Shown here: positions 28,050-39,373 of the stretch, in pieces | How the letters are laid out: each line of letters opens with the position of its first letter | Position numbering within the stretch: position 1 is the first letter of the stretch | NCBI GenBank assembly: GCA_963665815.1 | Contig: OY762463.1 | Location: 1,920,001 to 1,984,000 of the forward strand | DNA length: 64,000 nt | Source: Candidatus Cloacimonadales bacterium | GTDB taxonomy: Bacteria; Cloacimonadota; Cloacimonadia; Cloacimonadales; JAIOQZ01 | Direction of reading: 5' to 3' | Made by a program: the position numbers and the translations under genes | The notes under the pieces: generated by a model | The model's input: only the letters and a program-made list of their open reading frames with translations | Told to the model about the DNA's origin: nothing | Database searches by the model: none

Positions 28050-29815
28050 TCACCTGAAACCTTTTTATAATTATCATAAAATTTAACTATCTCACCCATA
28101 ATCGGAGCTGCAACATTACCACCATGACCGGCATTCTCAAGAAATACAGCCACAGCAATCTTTTCATCTTCCCATTCGGCATATCCGCCAAACCATGCAT
28201 GAGTCACATCATTAATATGATTCTCTGCTGATCCTGTTTTCCCGGATACTTTGACAACGGGGTGCCCTGCCAGATGTCCTGTCCCGCCCTTTCTGTTTAC
28301 AGTTTCATAAAGTGCTTTCTTAATCAGTGCCAGTGTCTCTCCGGTCATTGGCAGCTTTTTCTGATTGTATTTTATTCTGGAATTGACTTCTTCTGCACCC
28401 TTACCAATAGCTTTAGAAAAGATATGCGGTTGATTCCAAACTCCATCATTCCCCAGAGCAGCGTAATACGCACAAATCTGTAATGGAGTACAAAGAATCT
28501 CCCCCTGCCCAATTGCTATATTCACTGTGTGACCGATAATAGAAGCATGAGGTCCATATGTATCCTTATACCATTTTCTTGTCGGAAAAAATCCATTGCG
28601 TTCCTGAGGTAAATCAATACCTGTCTTCACAGTTATAAAATTCCTTTGAGTGAAGTCACCAATATCCTCTAATCTGAGTCTGGTTGACAAGTCATAAAAA
28701 AACACATCACAGGAATGTCTGATTGCCTCGGAAACATTCTGAAGTCCATGACCTGCCGAATTCCAGCATCTGAAGTACCGTCCACCGATCTCCATACCTC
28801 CGGTACAAGGTTCAAGTTCAGTATACTCATCAATTACATGAGTATCAAGTGCCAAAGAAGCAACAACAGGTTTATATACAGATCCAGGAGGATAAGTTGC
28901 GTGAATAGTCCGATCAAGCATTGGCTTGTCTTTGTTGTTTATCAGCTCAGACCAATCCTTCTGAGATATTCTTCCCATAAATATGTTAGGATCATACACT
29001 GGATTGTTCACATAAGCAATAACTTCTCCGGTTTCAGCATTCATCACTATCACCGAAGCATTATAGTCTTTTACAATTCCCTGAATGTAATTCTGTACAT
29101 AATTATCTATAGTCAATATAATCTGGTATCCATGCTCAACAGGTCTTGACAGGTTGTGTTTCAATAAGCCCAGCGATCTCCCCTTGGCATCTACCTGAAT
29201 AATGTTATATCCGGAAGTTCCTCTTAGTAGCTCTTCATATTGTTTTTCTATACCATTTTTGCCAATTACATCATTAATTGTATACTCTTTTTTATCAATG
29301 TTCTCATATTGTGTATCAGAGATTCTGCCAACATAACCGGTAAAATGAGAGCCATAAAGATAATTTCTCTTATATTCTGTTTTGAAAACAAGAGATGGAT
29401 AAAAGTTCATGTTTTCTGATACATAAATAAAATCTTCATATTCCATATTGACTACAAGAGGAATTTCCTGATATGACCTGAATCTGTTTTTATAAATGAT
29501 ATCGAGAACCTCATCCGTTGTCATATCGAATCTGCCTGAAATAAATTCTGACAGTTTCTTTTTATTCTTCAATTTCCCCGGCACAAAGTAAAGATTTTTA
29601 GATGATTCGTTTAATACTACAGGAGTATACTGCCTGTCAAAGATTTCACCACGAACAGGTGGGATACGTTTGATTCTGACAAAATTTTTCTCAGCAATAG
29701 TCTTGTAATAATCCCGATCAAAGAATTGCATACGAAACAGAACAATAAGAAGAGAAAGAAATACTATGCAAAGTACAAGAGTAGCACTGTTTGAAAATAG
29801 TTTAATATATTTCAT
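28046..29815 (-). CDS. mrdA: Penicillin-binding protein 2
   Basis: PGSVYK, SCDVFFY and KTGS motifs; synteny. Confidence 0.95.
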   Translation of the reverse strand: MKYIKLFSNSATLVLCIVFLSLLIVLFRMQFFDRDYYKTIAEKNFVRIKRIPPVRGEIFDRQYTPVVLNESSKNLYFVPGKLKNKKKLSEFISGRFDMTTDEVLDIIYKNRFRSYQEIPLVVNMEYEDFIYVSENMNFYPSLVFKTEYKRNYLYGSHFTGYVGRISDTQYENIDKKEYTINDVIGKNGIEKQYEELLRGTSGYNIIQVDAKGRSLGLLKHNLSRPVEHGYQIILTIDNYVQNYIQGIVKDYNASVIVMNAETGEVIAYVNNPVYDPNIFMGRISQKDWSELINNKDKPMLDRTIHATYPPGSVYKPVVASLALDTHVIDEYTELEPCTGGMEIGGRYFRCWNSAGHGLQNVSEAIRHSCDVFFYDLSTRLRLEDIGDFTQRNFITVKTGIDLPQERNGFFPTRKWYKDTYGPHASIIGHTVNIAIGQGEILCTPLQICAYYAALGNDGVWNQPHIFSKAIGKGAEEVNSRIKYNQKKLPMTGETLALIKKALYETVNRKGGTGHLAGHPVVKVSGKTGSAENHINDVTHAWFGGYAEWEDEKIAVAVFLENAGHGGNVAAPIMGEIVKFYDNYKKVSGE

Positions 29816-30290
29816 TAAAGGAAATCTTCATTCTTGATGAAAAATAAAGTACATAAATACCAATAAAGCTGACAAAGGTATTATATATAAAACTGAGAAA
29901 AGCCATAAGTGTAACTTCTCCATTTACCCAGAAAGCTTTGGATGTAATGTTATAGAATACGAAGAAGATAAAGTTAAGAAACAAAATACTGAGAAAAACC
30001 ACAATCATTCTGTTCTTACTGATTGAATTGTGCAATACATAAACCAGAAATGCAATAACAACAAATGCGAATGTTCCTACTCCGAATAACTGCGGATATA
30101 GAACATCAAATGCAAGTCCGGCAATAAATGAACTGCTCATATTAAGATAATAATTATCTGATAAATTCCAGAATATAATGAAACCGGTAATCAAATTGGG
30201 AATTACTCCGGCAATAATAAGCTCATCTGCCAGAAAAAACTGGAGAGAAATCGCAAAAATTAAACTTAATATTCTGGAAAAATATACCAA
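29802..30290 (-). CDS. mreD: Rod shape-determining protein MreD
   Basis: Polytopic membrane protein; GVIPNL and AGLAFD motifs; synteny. Confidence 0.85.
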   Translation of the reverse strand: MVYFSRILSLIFAISLQFFLADELIIAGVIPNLITGFIIFWNLSDNYYLNMSSSFIAGLAFDVLYPQLFGVGTFAFVVIAFLVYVLHNSISKNRMIVVFLSILFLNFIFFVFYNITSKAFWVNGEVTLMAFLSFIYNTFVSFIGIYVLYFSSRMKISFNEIY

Positions 30291-30298
30291 GGCTTACC

Positions 30299-30970
30299 TC
30301 ATGCTTTTCTTACAATACATAAAGGGGTTTGTTCATCACCCTGTCCCTGAGGATTGTCTTTCATTACTTTTTCCATGAAGTTCTTGTCTACACCATCACT
30401 ACCGCCTATCATCCAGCATCCCCCAATATCGTTGATATCCATAACTGCAGCTTCAATACCCAACTTCTCCTTGATCCCTTCACACACACCGGATGGATCT
30501 TTCGGACCTTTTATAACGCATTCATCATATGGAGGTATTGGGGATGTAGTTGCGGCATCAATCAATGCAGCCTGCATTCCGGCAACTCTGTAAAAATCAC
30601 CTTTTCTACCCACCAGTTTTCCCAGGGCTCCACATAATGCTGCAAACAGGATTCTCGGTGCACCTACTTCATCTACAGCACACTGCATACTTGTAGGAGC
30701 TCTCAAGCCTATTCCATAACTTACATTAGAAACAAATCTCCAGAGAAAATTAGCAACAAAACCTATTTTAATGTCTTTAACAGGAATTGCCCTTCCCTGG
30801 GTTATTGCAAGAGGACTTTCACTTATTGTTACTATATCTCCAGGTTTCATTTTATCTAATGCGTATTCACTTATGATTTCTACAATATCATCTCCCGGCT
30901 TAAATACATCTGTTTTTATAGGGATTCGAATATACTTTATTCCATAAACTTCAATTTCCGGATTCTTCAT
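30299..30970 (-). CDS. Coenzyme F420-0:L-glutamate ligase (CofE)-family protein
   Basis: PIKT...GDD, ISES...TQGR, P.DP, DIND.G, DNPQGQGDEQTP; GGAG SD before ATG 30970. Confidence 0.8.
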   Translation of the reverse strand: MKNPEIEVYGIKYIRIPIKTDVFKPGDDIVEIISEYALDKMKPGDIVTISESPLAITQGRAIPVKDIKIGFVANFLWRFVSNVSYGIGLRAPTSMQCAVDEVGAPRILFAALCGALGKLVGRKGDFYRVAGMQAALIDAATTSPIPPYDECVIKGPKDPSGVCEGIKEKLGIEAAVMDINDIGGCWMIGGSDGVDKNFMEKVMKDNPQGQGDEQTPLCIVRKA

Positions 30971-31748
30971 TGAATTCTCCATTATCAATTATTTCCAGTG
31001 TCTGGTGTTTTAAAATTACAACATGCTCAATGTTTTCTACTTTTACAAATGGTTTGATTATTGCGGATATATATAAGTTATCAGACGTGTTTTGTACTTT
31101 ATTGACTATGCCAACAGGATAGCCTTTGGGAAAAATTGATGATATATTTGATGTAATGACTGTATCAGCAACATTTATATTAGAACCAAGCTGGATCATA
31201 TTCATTTTCATTTCACCATATTCATTATTCTCAAGCAATCCCTGAACACGAGTATTCTTTGTTAACACTCCCGTCTTGAATTGAGTATTATCAAATGGCA
31301 GAACTATGCTTATTCTTCCTGAAACAGAGATTATCTTTCCGATGATACTTTTTTTGCCTATCACAGCATCATTTATTTCAACACCGTGCATGCTGCCTTT
31401 ATTAATAATCAGGTTTCTGGATTTGTACGTTCCTGACACTGCAACAACATCAGCATAGATTATTCCTTCGGAAGTATCAGACAGGTCTATATTCTGCTCC
31501 TGAAGCGAGCGCATACACTCTTCCAGAAAGTTAACTTTTTTCTGTAACTCAGCATTATATGTGTACAATTCTTCGTTCTCTCTGTGAAGCTGTTTCCTTG
31601 CTGCTTTATTCTCAAAAGCTTTGATCCAGAACGCAAAAACAGTTTTGGAAAAATAACCTGATTTTCGAATTCTGTCTTTTGAATTACCTGAAAACAGTAA
31701 AAAGGAAATTAACAGTAATATTCCAAAAAAAAATGATTTCTTAAGCAA
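30951..31748 (-). CDS. mreC: Rod shape-determining protein MreC
   Basis: Coiled coil, IINKGS.HGV, IFPKGYPVG; synteny. Confidence 0.93.
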   Translation of the reverse strand: MLKKSFFFGILLLISFLLFSGNSKDRIRKSGYFSKTVFAFWIKAFENKAARKQLHRENEELYTYNAELQKKVNFLEECMRSLQEQNIDLSDTSEGIIYADVVAVSGTYKSRNLIINKGSMHGVEINDAVIGKKSIIGKIISVSGRISIVLPFDNTQFKTGVLTKNTRVQGLLENNEYGEMKMNMIQLGSNINVADTVITSNISSIFPKGYPVGIVNKVQNTSDNLYISAIIKPFVKVENIEHVVILKHQTLEIIDNGEFNEESGN

Positions 31749-31749
31749 T

Positions 31750-32787
31750 TTAATCTTCTATTTTCTTAATCAGAACTTCCCTGTATTTATCAACGTTATC
31801 CAATATCATTCCGGAGCCTTTTACAACACAGGTCAGTGATTCAGGATAAACATGAACAGGAAGATCTATTACATCCTGTATTCTTTTATCAAGTCCCTTA
31901 AGGTATGCTCCACCACCTGTAAGTACAATACCTCTGTCAGCAATGTCTGCTGCGAGCTCCGGAGCTGTTTTCTCAAATAAACGTTTTACAGCATCAATCA
32001 TGGAATCTACCGTTTCTGCCAGAGCTTCTCTTATTTCATTAGAATTTATTGTTAATGTTATAGGATAACCGGTAATAATATCTCGTCCTCGCACATCCAT
32101 CTCAAGTTCTTCTTTAAGAGGATAAGCAGAACCTATCTGCATTTTTATTCTTTCTGCAGTCTGAATACCAACATGCAGATTATTCTTCTTTCTCAGATAA
32201 TTGACAATGGCTGCATCCATCTTGTCACCACCAAGCCTTATAGAACTATGAACAACAATATGGGACAAAGATATAATAGCAATTTCCGTGGTTCCCCCAC
32301 CAATATCCATAACAAGATTTCCAAACGGCTTATGAATAGGTAAATCTGCACCAATTGCAGCAGCTATCGGTTCTGAAACCAGATAAACTTCTCTCGCTCC
32401 GGCATGCAATGCAGAGTCTCTTACCGCTCTCTTTTCCACTTCAGTAATTCCTGATGGCACACAGACAATAACTCGGGGCTTTAACAGGAATTTCTTCTTT
32501 TGTGCCCGTAGTATTAAATCTCTCAGCATAATTTCCGTAACCTGAAAATCCGCAATAACACCATCTTTCAGGGGTTTGATCACTCTGACTTCATCAGGGC
32601 TTTTACCCAGCATCTCTTTCGCTTTGGCTCCAACTTCAATTACTTTCTTTCCGCCATTTCCAAGTGCAACCACTGAAGGTTCATTAATAACAATACCAAC
32701 ACCCTTTCTGTAAACAAGCGTATTCGCCGTTCCAAGATCTATTGCAATATCGTTAGTCAATAAATCAAACAGTCTCTTAAAAAACAT
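31750..32787 (-). CDS. mreB: Actin-like protein MreB
   Basis: IDLGTANT, DIGGGTTE, LTGGGA; start ATG 32787 with GGAGG. Confidence 0.97.
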   Translation of the reverse strand: MFFKRLFDLLTNDIAIDLGTANTLVYRKGVGIVINEPSVVALGNGGKKVIEVGAKAKEMLGKSPDEVRVIKPLKDGVIADFQVTEIMLRDLILRAQKKKFLLKPRVIVCVPSGITEVEKRAVRDSALHAGAREVYLVSEPIAAAIGADLPIHKPFGNLVMDIGGGTTEIAIISLSHIVVHSSIRLGGDKMDAAIVNYLRKKNNLHVGIQTAERIKMQIGSAYPLKEELEMDVRGRDIITGYPITLTINSNEIREALAETVDSMIDAVKRLFEKTAPELAADIADRGIVLTGGGAYLKGLDKRIQDVIDLPVHVYPESLTCVVKGSGMILDNVDKYREVLIKKIED

Positions 32788-32956
32788 TAATCCTCCGCAT
32801 GGATTTGATATCCTTGAAGTATTTTGATTCACCGAAATAAAGTCAAGTAAAATCAAGAACTAACATGTATTTATTTATATAAAGTATAGAATTACTAAAT
32901 TATTAGCTGTAAATTAATAAAATACTATGCTCTACCTGAACACAATAAAATAAAAA

Positions 32957-32983
32957 TTAGCACTCTAAGATTTAGATTGACAA
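32957..32983. promoter_or_regulatory. CIRCE operator 1, overlapping the -35 box
   Basis: TTAGCACTC-N9-GATTGACAA versus consensus TTAGCACTC-N9-GAGTGCTAA. Confidence 0.8.
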
Positions 32984-33005
32984 TTTTCATGTCCGTAATT
33001 ATATT
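32977..33005 (+). promoter_or_regulatory. Sigma70 promoter of the hrcA operon
   Basis: TTGACA-N17-TATATT. Confidence 0.8.
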
Positions 33006-33013
33006 GTTTATAG

Positions 33014-33040
33014 TTAGCACACGATGTAATAGATTGCTTA
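33014..33040. promoter_or_regulatory. CIRCE operator 2
   Basis: TTAGCACAC-N9-GATTGCTTA. Confidence 0.8.
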
Positions 33041-33053
33041 AATGGAGTTAATT

Positions 33054-34109
33054 ATGAAAAAGAATGTTATACGGGAAGCGAAAGTACTTAAATCATTAGT
33101 AAATGAGTACATCAATACAAATGAAACTGTAGCTTCGAGCCTTTTATGCAAGAAATACATCCAGAATGTCAGCCCTGCAACAGTGAGAATTGACCTGCAC
33201 AAGCTTGAAAAGAAAGGGTTGATCTGTCAACCTCATACATCCGCAGGAAGAATTCCGACTTTAGTGGGATTCAGAAGATATCTGGAGCTTATTCAGGACG
33301 ATCTTGCAAAAGCCGAATATACAGGAAAAGACATTGTTCGGGATTTTCTCGTTAAAAACTTCAGAGACATCCCTATGGCATTGCACTATATTATGCAGTA
33401 TCTTGCCAAAGAAACAGATCAGCTCAGTTTTGTAGCTGAGCCTGAGATTTCCTACGGGTATCTGAAAAAATTAGACGTATTTAAAATCGCTGACAAAAAG
33501 CTGCTTTTCGTGGTCAGTCTGGACTCAGGTATGGACAAAACGGTCCTTCTTAACTCCAGTGCGGACATTTCCGAACAACAGTTGAAGGTGCTTGTGAGAT
33601 ACGCTAATGATGAGCTCATGGGGCTAAGAATCTATGATATTTTAAACCATTATCTTGCACAGATAACTGACGACATGACCAGTTCGAATAAACTGCTCAT
33701 TTCATTCCTGACAGAGCTTTATAAAGCTTTCAGGGAAATCACTAGCTATTTCATCCATTTCGACGGAAACATATCCTTCCTGGAACAGCCTGAATTCAAT
33801 GAAAAAAAGAACATTCTTGTCTTCTTCGATCTTATGCAGAGACAGGACTTCCTTGTTAACAAAATGCAGGAGAATATTGCAGGGAAAGATTTCAGTATTG
33901 CTCTGGGCGAAGACCTTGGCAGACCGGAATGGTTGAACTTTGCTTTAGTTTACTCTAAATATGAACTGTTTGATGTTCCGGGATTCCTGGGAATTCTGGC
34001 ACCAATCAGAATGAACTATATGAAAAACGTCCCGATTGTAAGGGATATTGCCAAAATGATTACAGAGACTACAAAAAAAGGAATGATGGTGCCTCGCTAT
34101 GAAAAATGA
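33054..34109 (+). CDS. hrcA: Heat-inducible transcription repressor
   Basis: SPATVR, QPHTSAGRIPT, P.RMNY; likely start ATG 33054 after GGAG. Confidence 0.95.
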   Translation: MKKNVIREAKVLKSLVNEYINTNETVASSLLCKKYIQNVSPATVRIDLHKLEKKGLICQPHTSAGRIPTLVGFRRYLELIQDDLAKAEYTGKDIVRDFLVKNFRDIPMALHYIMQYLAKETDQLSFVAEPEISYGYLKKLDVFKIADKKLLFVVSLDSGMDKTVLLNSSADISEQQLKVLVRYANDELMGLRIYDILNHYLAQITDDMTSSNKLLISFLTELYKAFREITSYFIHFDGNISFLEQPEFNEKKNILVFFDLMQRQDFLVNKMQENIAGKDFSIALGEDLGRPEWLNFALVYSKYELFDVPGFLGILAPIRMNYMKNVPIVRDIAKMITETTKKGMMVPRYEK

Positions 34110-34704
34110 AGAAAAAAAAATACCTGTTGATTCTGAGGAAGACAAACCAGAAAAAGTGAAGGAAAAGAAAAAGTCTTCAAAGAAAAAGAAAACATCATTA
34201 AAAGATCAGGTTTCAACCCTCGAAATCGAGAAACAGGAATTGAAAGATAAGTATCTCAGAACAGCAGCTGAATTTGAAAACTACAGAAGACGCTCAAATG
34301 AAGAAAAAGCTGACTGGATTAAAAATGCCACTCAGAAACTTGTTCTTGAAGTGTGCGATGTTCTGGATAACTTCGAGCGTGCTATAATTACCGGAAAAGA
34401 GAAACATACATACGAATCTTTAATGACCGGAATTGAGCTTATCTTCAAACAGCTTGAAGCTGTTCTGAAAAAAGAAGGTGTGGAAAAAATTGAGGCTCTT
34501 GGTGAGGAATTTGATCCTATGTACCATGAAGCATTAGCGCAGATTCCTTCGGAGCATGAAAAAAATAAAGTAGCAGCTATTATTCAAAATGGTTATAAAA
34601 TGAATAATAAAATCATAAGACCTGTCAGAGTTGCAGTAGCGAATGGAGATATTCCCGCAACTGTAGAAAACAACAATAAACAAGAAAATAATAAAAAAAA
34701 ATAA
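34099..34704 (+). CDS. grpE: Nucleotide exchange factor GrpE
   Basis: [29 protein letters not shown]. Confidence 0.96.
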   Translation: MKNEEKKIPVDSEEDKPEKVKEKKKSSKKKKTSLKDQVSTLEIEKQELKDKYLRTAAEFENYRRRSNEEKADWIKNATQKLVLEVCDVLDNFERAIITGKEKHTYESLMTGIELIFKQLEAVLKKEGVEKIEALGEEFDPMYHEALAQIPSEHEKNKVAAIIQNGYKMNNKIIRPVRVAVANGDIPATVENNNKQENNKKK

Positions 34705-34714
34705 GGAGGAAACA

Positions 34715-36664
34715 ATGGGAAAAATCATAGGTATTGATTTAGGAACCACAAATTCCTGCGTTAGTGTAATGGAAGGTGGAAAACCTGTTGTAATCGCAAA
34801 CCCGGAAGGTGGAAGAACTACTCCATCCGTTATAGGATTTGCAAAAGATGGACAAAAATTAGTAGGTCAACTGGCAAAACGCCAGGCAATCACAAATCCC
34901 CATAACACTGTATTCTCAATAAAAAGATTTATGGGTAGAAACCTCAACGAAGTAGGATCAGAAATTCAGACTGTTCCTTATGTGGTAAAATCCGGACCAT
35001 CCAATCAAGTTGTTGTACATATTGATCAGGATAACAAAGACTACACCCCGCAACAGATTTCAGCATTCACTCTTCAAAAAATGAAAGAAACCGCTGAAGC
35101 TTACCTCGGACAAGAAGTTAAAGAAGCTGTTATCACGGTACCGGCTTACTTCAATGATGCCCAGAGACAGGCAACCAAAGATGCTGGTAAAATTGCAGGA
35201 CTTGATGTAAAAAGAATCATCAACGAACCTACTGCTGCAGCACTTGCTTACGGAATGGAAAGTAAAAAAGAAGAGAAAGTAGCTGTATACGACCTTGGTG
35301 GAGGTACATTCGATATCTCTATCCTTGATATTTCCGAAGGTGTTGTAGAAGTACTTTCAACCAACGGTGACACTCACCTTGGTGGTGATGACTTTGATAA
35401 AATTATTATCGACTGGATGATTGATAAATTTAAAGCACAGGAAGGTGTTGATCTTTCCGGTGATGCTATGGCTAAACAAAGACTTAAAGAAGCTGCTGAA
35501 AAAGCTAAGATTGAACTTTCTGGAACTCAAACTACAAACATCAATCTTCCGTTTATCACTGCAGACGCTTCCGGCCCTAAACACATGAATCTTGATCTTT
35601 CCAAAGCTGAATTCAACAAAATGACAGGTCACCTTGTTGAAAGATCAATTGTTCCATGTCAGAAAGCTCTTCAGGATGCTAAGCTTTCAATAGGCGACAT
35701 CAATGAAGTTATCCTTGTTGGCGGATCTACCAGAATTCCTGCCGTACAGGAAGCCGTAGAAAAATTCTTTGGTAGAAAACCAAGCAAGAATGTTAATCCT
35801 GACGAAGTAGTTTCTATAGGCGCTGCTATTCAGGGCGGTATTCTTTCCGGTGATGAAAATCTGGATGACATCCTTCTTCTCGATGTAACTCCACTCTCAC
35901 TTGGTATTGAAACACTTGGAGCTGTTATGACAGCACTTATTCCGCGTAATACCACAATACCAACTAAGAAAAGCCAGATTTTCTCAACTGCTGCAGACAA
36001 TCAAACGGCTGTATCTATTCACGTACTTCAGGGTGAAAGATCAATGGCATCTGACAACAGAACACTCGGCCGTTTTGATCTCGTAGGTATTCCACCTGCA
36101 CCAAGAGGAGTCCCTCAAATAGAAGTTGTATTCGATATTGATGCAAACGGTATCCTGCACGTATCAGCTAAGGACAAGAGCACAGGCAAAGAGCAATCTA
36201 TTAAGATTGAGCGTGGTGGATCATTAAGCGAAGAAGAAATCGACAGAATGGTAAAAGATGCTGAAGCAAATGCTGAAGAAGATAGGAAACGCAAAGAAAA
36301 CATTACATCACGTAATGAGCTTGACACAATGATCTTCTCAACAGAAAAAGCACTTGAAGAACATAAAGATAAGTTAAGTGCCGATGAAGCTAAAAACATT
36401 GAAGAAGCTATAAAAGAAGCAAAAGATAAGCTCGAAAAAGCTAATTCAAAAGAAGAGTATGACAAGATCAAAGAAGAACTTGCTAAAAAAGCTCAGAAAA
36501 TCGGTGAAATAATGTATCAGAACATGCAGCAGCAACAAGGTGGTCAACCTGGTGCTGAACAGGCAGGACCACAGCCTGAACAGAATACTCAGGAAAGTCA
36601 ACAGAAGCCGGCAGATAACGGTCCGGTCGATGCAGACTTCGAAGTAGTTGATGACGATAAATAA
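34715..36664 (+). CDS. dnaK: Chaperone DnaK
   Basis: [25 protein letters not shown]. Confidence 0.98.
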   Translation: MGKIIGIDLGTTNSCVSVMEGGKPVVIANPEGGRTTPSVIGFAKDGQKLVGQLAKRQAITNPHNTVFSIKRFMGRNLNEVGSEIQTVPYVVKSGPSNQVVVHIDQDNKDYTPQQISAFTLQKMKETAEAYLGQEVKEAVITVPAYFNDAQRQATKDAGKIAGLDVKRIINEPTAAALAYGMESKKEEKVAVYDLGGGTFDISILDISEGVVEVLSTNGDTHLGGDDFDKIIIDWMIDKFKAQEGVDLSGDAMAKQRLKEAAEKAKIELSGTQTTNINLPFITADASGPKHMNLDLSKAEFNKMTGHLVERSIVPCQKALQDAKLSIGDINEVILVGGSTRIPAVQEAVEKFFGRKPSKNVNPDEVVSIGAAIQGGILSGDENLDDILLLDVTPLSLGIETLGAVMTALIPRNTTIPTKKSQIFSTAADNQTAVSIHVLQGERSMASDNRTLGRFDLVGIPPAPRGVPQIEVVFDIDANGILHVSAKDKSTGKEQSIKIERGGSLSEEEIDRMVKDAEANAEEDRKRKENITSRNELDTMIFSTEKALEEHKDKLSADEAKNIEEAIKEAKDKLEKANSKEEYDKIKEELAKKAQKIGEIMYQNMQQQQGGQPGAEQAGPQPEQNTQESQQKPADNGPVDADFEVVDDDK

Positions 36665-36674
36665 TGATTTAAGG

Positions 36675-36712
36675 TCTCTGAAGCAGTCTTTGAGACTGCT
36701 TCGGAGGTTTTT
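36675..36712 (+). terminator. Long hairpin/attenuating terminator between dnaK and dnaJ
   Basis: CTCTGAAGCAGTCT-TTG-AGACTGCTTCGGAG followed by TTTTT. Confidence 0.8.
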
Positions 36713-36728
36713 ATATATGAGGTAAGAT

Positions 36729-37889
36729 ATGGCAAAAAGAGATTATTATGAAGTACTGGGACTGGAAAAGTCAGCTTCAGCCAGTGATATAAAAAAAGCA
36801 TACAGAAAACTGGCAATGAAGTACCACCCTGATAAGAACAAAGACAATCCCGAAGCTGAAGAAAAATTCAAGGAAGCTGCAGAAGCCTACGAAGTTCTGA
36901 GTGACGAGGATAAAAAAGCGAAGTATGATAAATTTGGACATGCAGGTCTGGACGGTGCTTTCGGTGGCGGAGGATTTTCCTGGAATGATTTCAGCCATGC
37001 CTCAGAATTTGGTGATATTTTTGACGGATTCAGCAGTATTTTCGAAACCTTTTTCGGTGGTGGTGGAAGAGGAGGATTTTCCAGATCTTATTCTCAAAGC
37101 CAGCCTAATAAGGGAGAAGACCTTCAGATATCACTTTCTCTGACCTTAAAAGAAATTTCTAAAGGTGTTGATAAAAAGATAAAGATAAACTTCAAGGAAT
37201 CCTGTGATATTTGTAACGGAACAGGATCTAAGGATGGGAAATCCAAAACCTGTTCTCAATGTCGCGGTACAGGTCAGGTTCGACAAATGCAAAGATCTTT
37301 GTTTGGTCATATCCAGACAATTGTTGCCTGCCCCAGCTGTCATGGTGAAGGTGTTATTATTGAGAATAAATGCCCTGCCTGCCATGGAGAAGGAAGAAAA
37401 CCGGGATCCAAAACTATCAATGTACACATTCCTGCCGGAGTATCCGAAGGACAATACATCAGAATACGCGGAGAAGGTAACGCCGGACCTCGTGGCGGAA
37501 CTAAGGGTGATATTCTTGTTCAAATCCATGAAAAAGAAGATGATATTTTCGTTAGAGACGGACAGAATCTTATCTGCGAATTCCCGATAAGTTTTTCACA
37601 GGCAGCTCTTGGATCAGATATCATGATTCCAACACTTTTTGGAAAAGTTAAAATGAAAGTGCCAGCAGGAACTCAATCCGGAAAAGTTTTCAGACTAAGA
37701 GCTCAGGGGTTACCAGATGTGAACAGCTCTTACAAGGGTGATCTTTTTGTAAAAATTGTCGTTATGACACCTACCAAACTGAAGCAGGAAGAGAAAGAAC
37801 TCTTTGAGAGACTACAGAGTTTTGACTCTGCCAGAGATCTTAAACCGGGAAAATCATTTTTCCAGAAATTTAAGGAATTCTTTATCTAA
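36729..37889 (+). CDS. dnaJ: Chaperone DnaJ
   Basis: HPD J-domain, G/F region, four CxxCxGxG repeats. Confidence 0.98.
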   Translation: MAKRDYYEVLGLEKSASASDIKKAYRKLAMKYHPDKNKDNPEAEEKFKEAAEAYEVLSDEDKKAKYDKFGHAGLDGAFGGGGFSWNDFSHASEFGDIFDGFSSIFETFFGGGGRGGFSRSYSQSQPNKGEDLQISLSLTLKEISKGVDKKIKINFKESCDICNGTGSKDGKSKTCSQCRGTGQVRQMQRSLFGHIQTIVACPSCHGEGVIIENKCPACHGEGRKPGSKTINVHIPAGVSEGQYIRIRGEGNAGPRGGTKGDILVQIHEKEDDIFVRDGQNLICEFPISFSQAALGSDIMIPTLFGKVKMKVPAGTQSGKVFRLRAQGLPDVNSSYKGDLFVKIVVMTPTKLKQEEKELFERLQSFDSARDLKPGKSFFQKFKEFFI

Positions 37890-38617
37890 TGCCCAGTTTC
37901 TATAATCCTGAATTTAATGTAAAAGATAAATACATAACGCTGCAAGGTGATGAGAACCATCACCTTGTTCACGTTATGAGAAAAAAAACCGGAGAAGCTA
38001 TAGATATTCTGAATGGAAAAGGTATCACTGCACATTGTATAATAGAATCAACTTCAAAGAAGCAGACAAAATGCAAAGTCAGTTCAATACAGGAATCATT
38101 CAGGTCAAAATCCAGAATCAGTACAGCTTTTGCTCTTCTCAAGAACAAGAATGATCACCTGATAATTGAAAAGCTAACTGAACTCGGTGTATCTGAATTT
38201 TACCCTCTGGTCACTGACAGAACGATTAAGCGGCCTAAGGATTCTGTTGTTAAAAAATTCTACAGCACTGCCATGACAGCAGTAAAACAATGCGATAACC
38301 CATTTATTCCTGTGATTCATGAGACATTAGATCTGAAAGACTTCATAAAAAAAATTACATCAACAAATACACAGTTGATTATTGCGTCTGAGTCTGAAGA
38401 AAAAATCTATCTGAAAGATATTGAGCTGGATAATAATGTATGTATTATTATCGGTCCTGAAGGCGGATTCTCTGAATCTGAGCGAACATTTTTTAAAGAA
38501 GGAAATCTTCTCACTGTTTCTCTTGGGAGTCATATTCTTCGAGCGGAAACTGCAGCAATTTCTTTCACTTCCCAATTGATCAACATGATTCAGAGTAATG
38601 GAGAGATTTTCTTTTAG
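37889..38617 (+). CDS. rsmE: 16S rRNA m3U1498 methyltransferase
   Basis: KLTELGV, IGPEGGFS, ILRAETA. Confidence 0.95.
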   Translation: MPSFYNPEFNVKDKYITLQGDENHHLVHVMRKKTGEAIDILNGKGITAHCIIESTSKKQTKCKVSSIQESFRSKSRISTAFALLKNKNDHLIIEKLTELGVSEFYPLVTDRTIKRPKDSVVKKFYSTAMTAVKQCDNPFIPVIHETLDLKDFIKKITSTNTQLIIASESEEKIYLKDIELDNNVCIIIGPEGGFSESERTFFKEGNLLTVSLGSHILRAETAAISFTSQLINMIQSNGEIFF

Positions 38618-38752
38618 ACGTTTCCCAGCAATATCTCCCGACAGTTATAAATTCTTATCTGTATCACATTTCAGACATTTTTCTTTTTTTTCCTTGCCAT
38701 AAAAAGCATAGAAAACATCTTTGGCTCTCAATATAAACGAACAGGAGATACT

Positions 38753-39313
38753 ATGGCTTCAATGAGTGATATCAGAAACGGAATGATAATTAAATTCAAA
38801 GGTGGACTCTATGAATTTACTGAGTTCCTTCACGTGAAACCAGGTAAAGGTGCTGCTTTTGTTCGCACAAAATTGAGAAATCTCAATACAGGTCAGGTTA
38901 TTGAAAATACTTTCCGTAACAGTGACAGGTTTGAGGAAGTAAGAGTAGAAAAGTCCAAAAAACAGTATTTATATGCTGACACAGATTTCTATGTATTTAT
39001 GGACAACGATACTTACGAACAGCTTTCAGTTCCACGCGATCAACTGGAAGACATCAGTAAATTCCTCATGGATAATATTGATGTCACCATGAGAATGGAT
39101 CCGGAAGGAAACATTATCGGAGTAGAACTTCCGATATCTGTCGTACAGGAAATTGTCGAGTGTGAACCTAATGTAAAAGGCAACACAGCATCCGGAAGCG
39201 GTAAAACTGCAACCACGGAAACCGGCTTATCTTTAACTATACCTTTCTTTGTTGAAAAGGGAGAAAAAGTAAAGATTGACACACGTACCGGTGAATATAT
39301 AGAAAGAGCATAA
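38753..39313 (+). CDS. efp: Elongation factor P
   Basis: HVKPGKGAAFVR, DTRTGEY. Confidence 0.97.
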   Translation: MASMSDIRNGMIIKFKGGLYEFTEFLHVKPGKGAAFVRTKLRNLNTGQVIENTFRNSDRFEEVRVEKSKKQYLYADTDFYVFMDNDTYEQLSVPRDQLEDISKFLMDNIDVTMRMDPEGNIIGVELPISVVQEIVECEPNVKGNTASGSGKTATTETGLSLTIPFFVEKGEKVKIDTRTGEYIERA

Positions 39314-39321
39314 AAAAAAAC

Positions 39322-39349
39322 TTGACATTGAATACTAAAAAACTAAATT
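39322..39349 (+). promoter_or_regulatory. Putative sigma70 promoter of the 68-aa gene
   Basis: TTGACA-N16-TAAATT; GGAGG SD follows. Confidence 0.55.
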
Positions 39350-39373
39350 GTAAATGTAAGTCGGAGGATAGAG

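Noticed and set aside
32857-33041. Coding-strand switch as a replication origin
   Set aside because: Explained by the divergent mreB/hrcA promoters; no DnaA-box cluster
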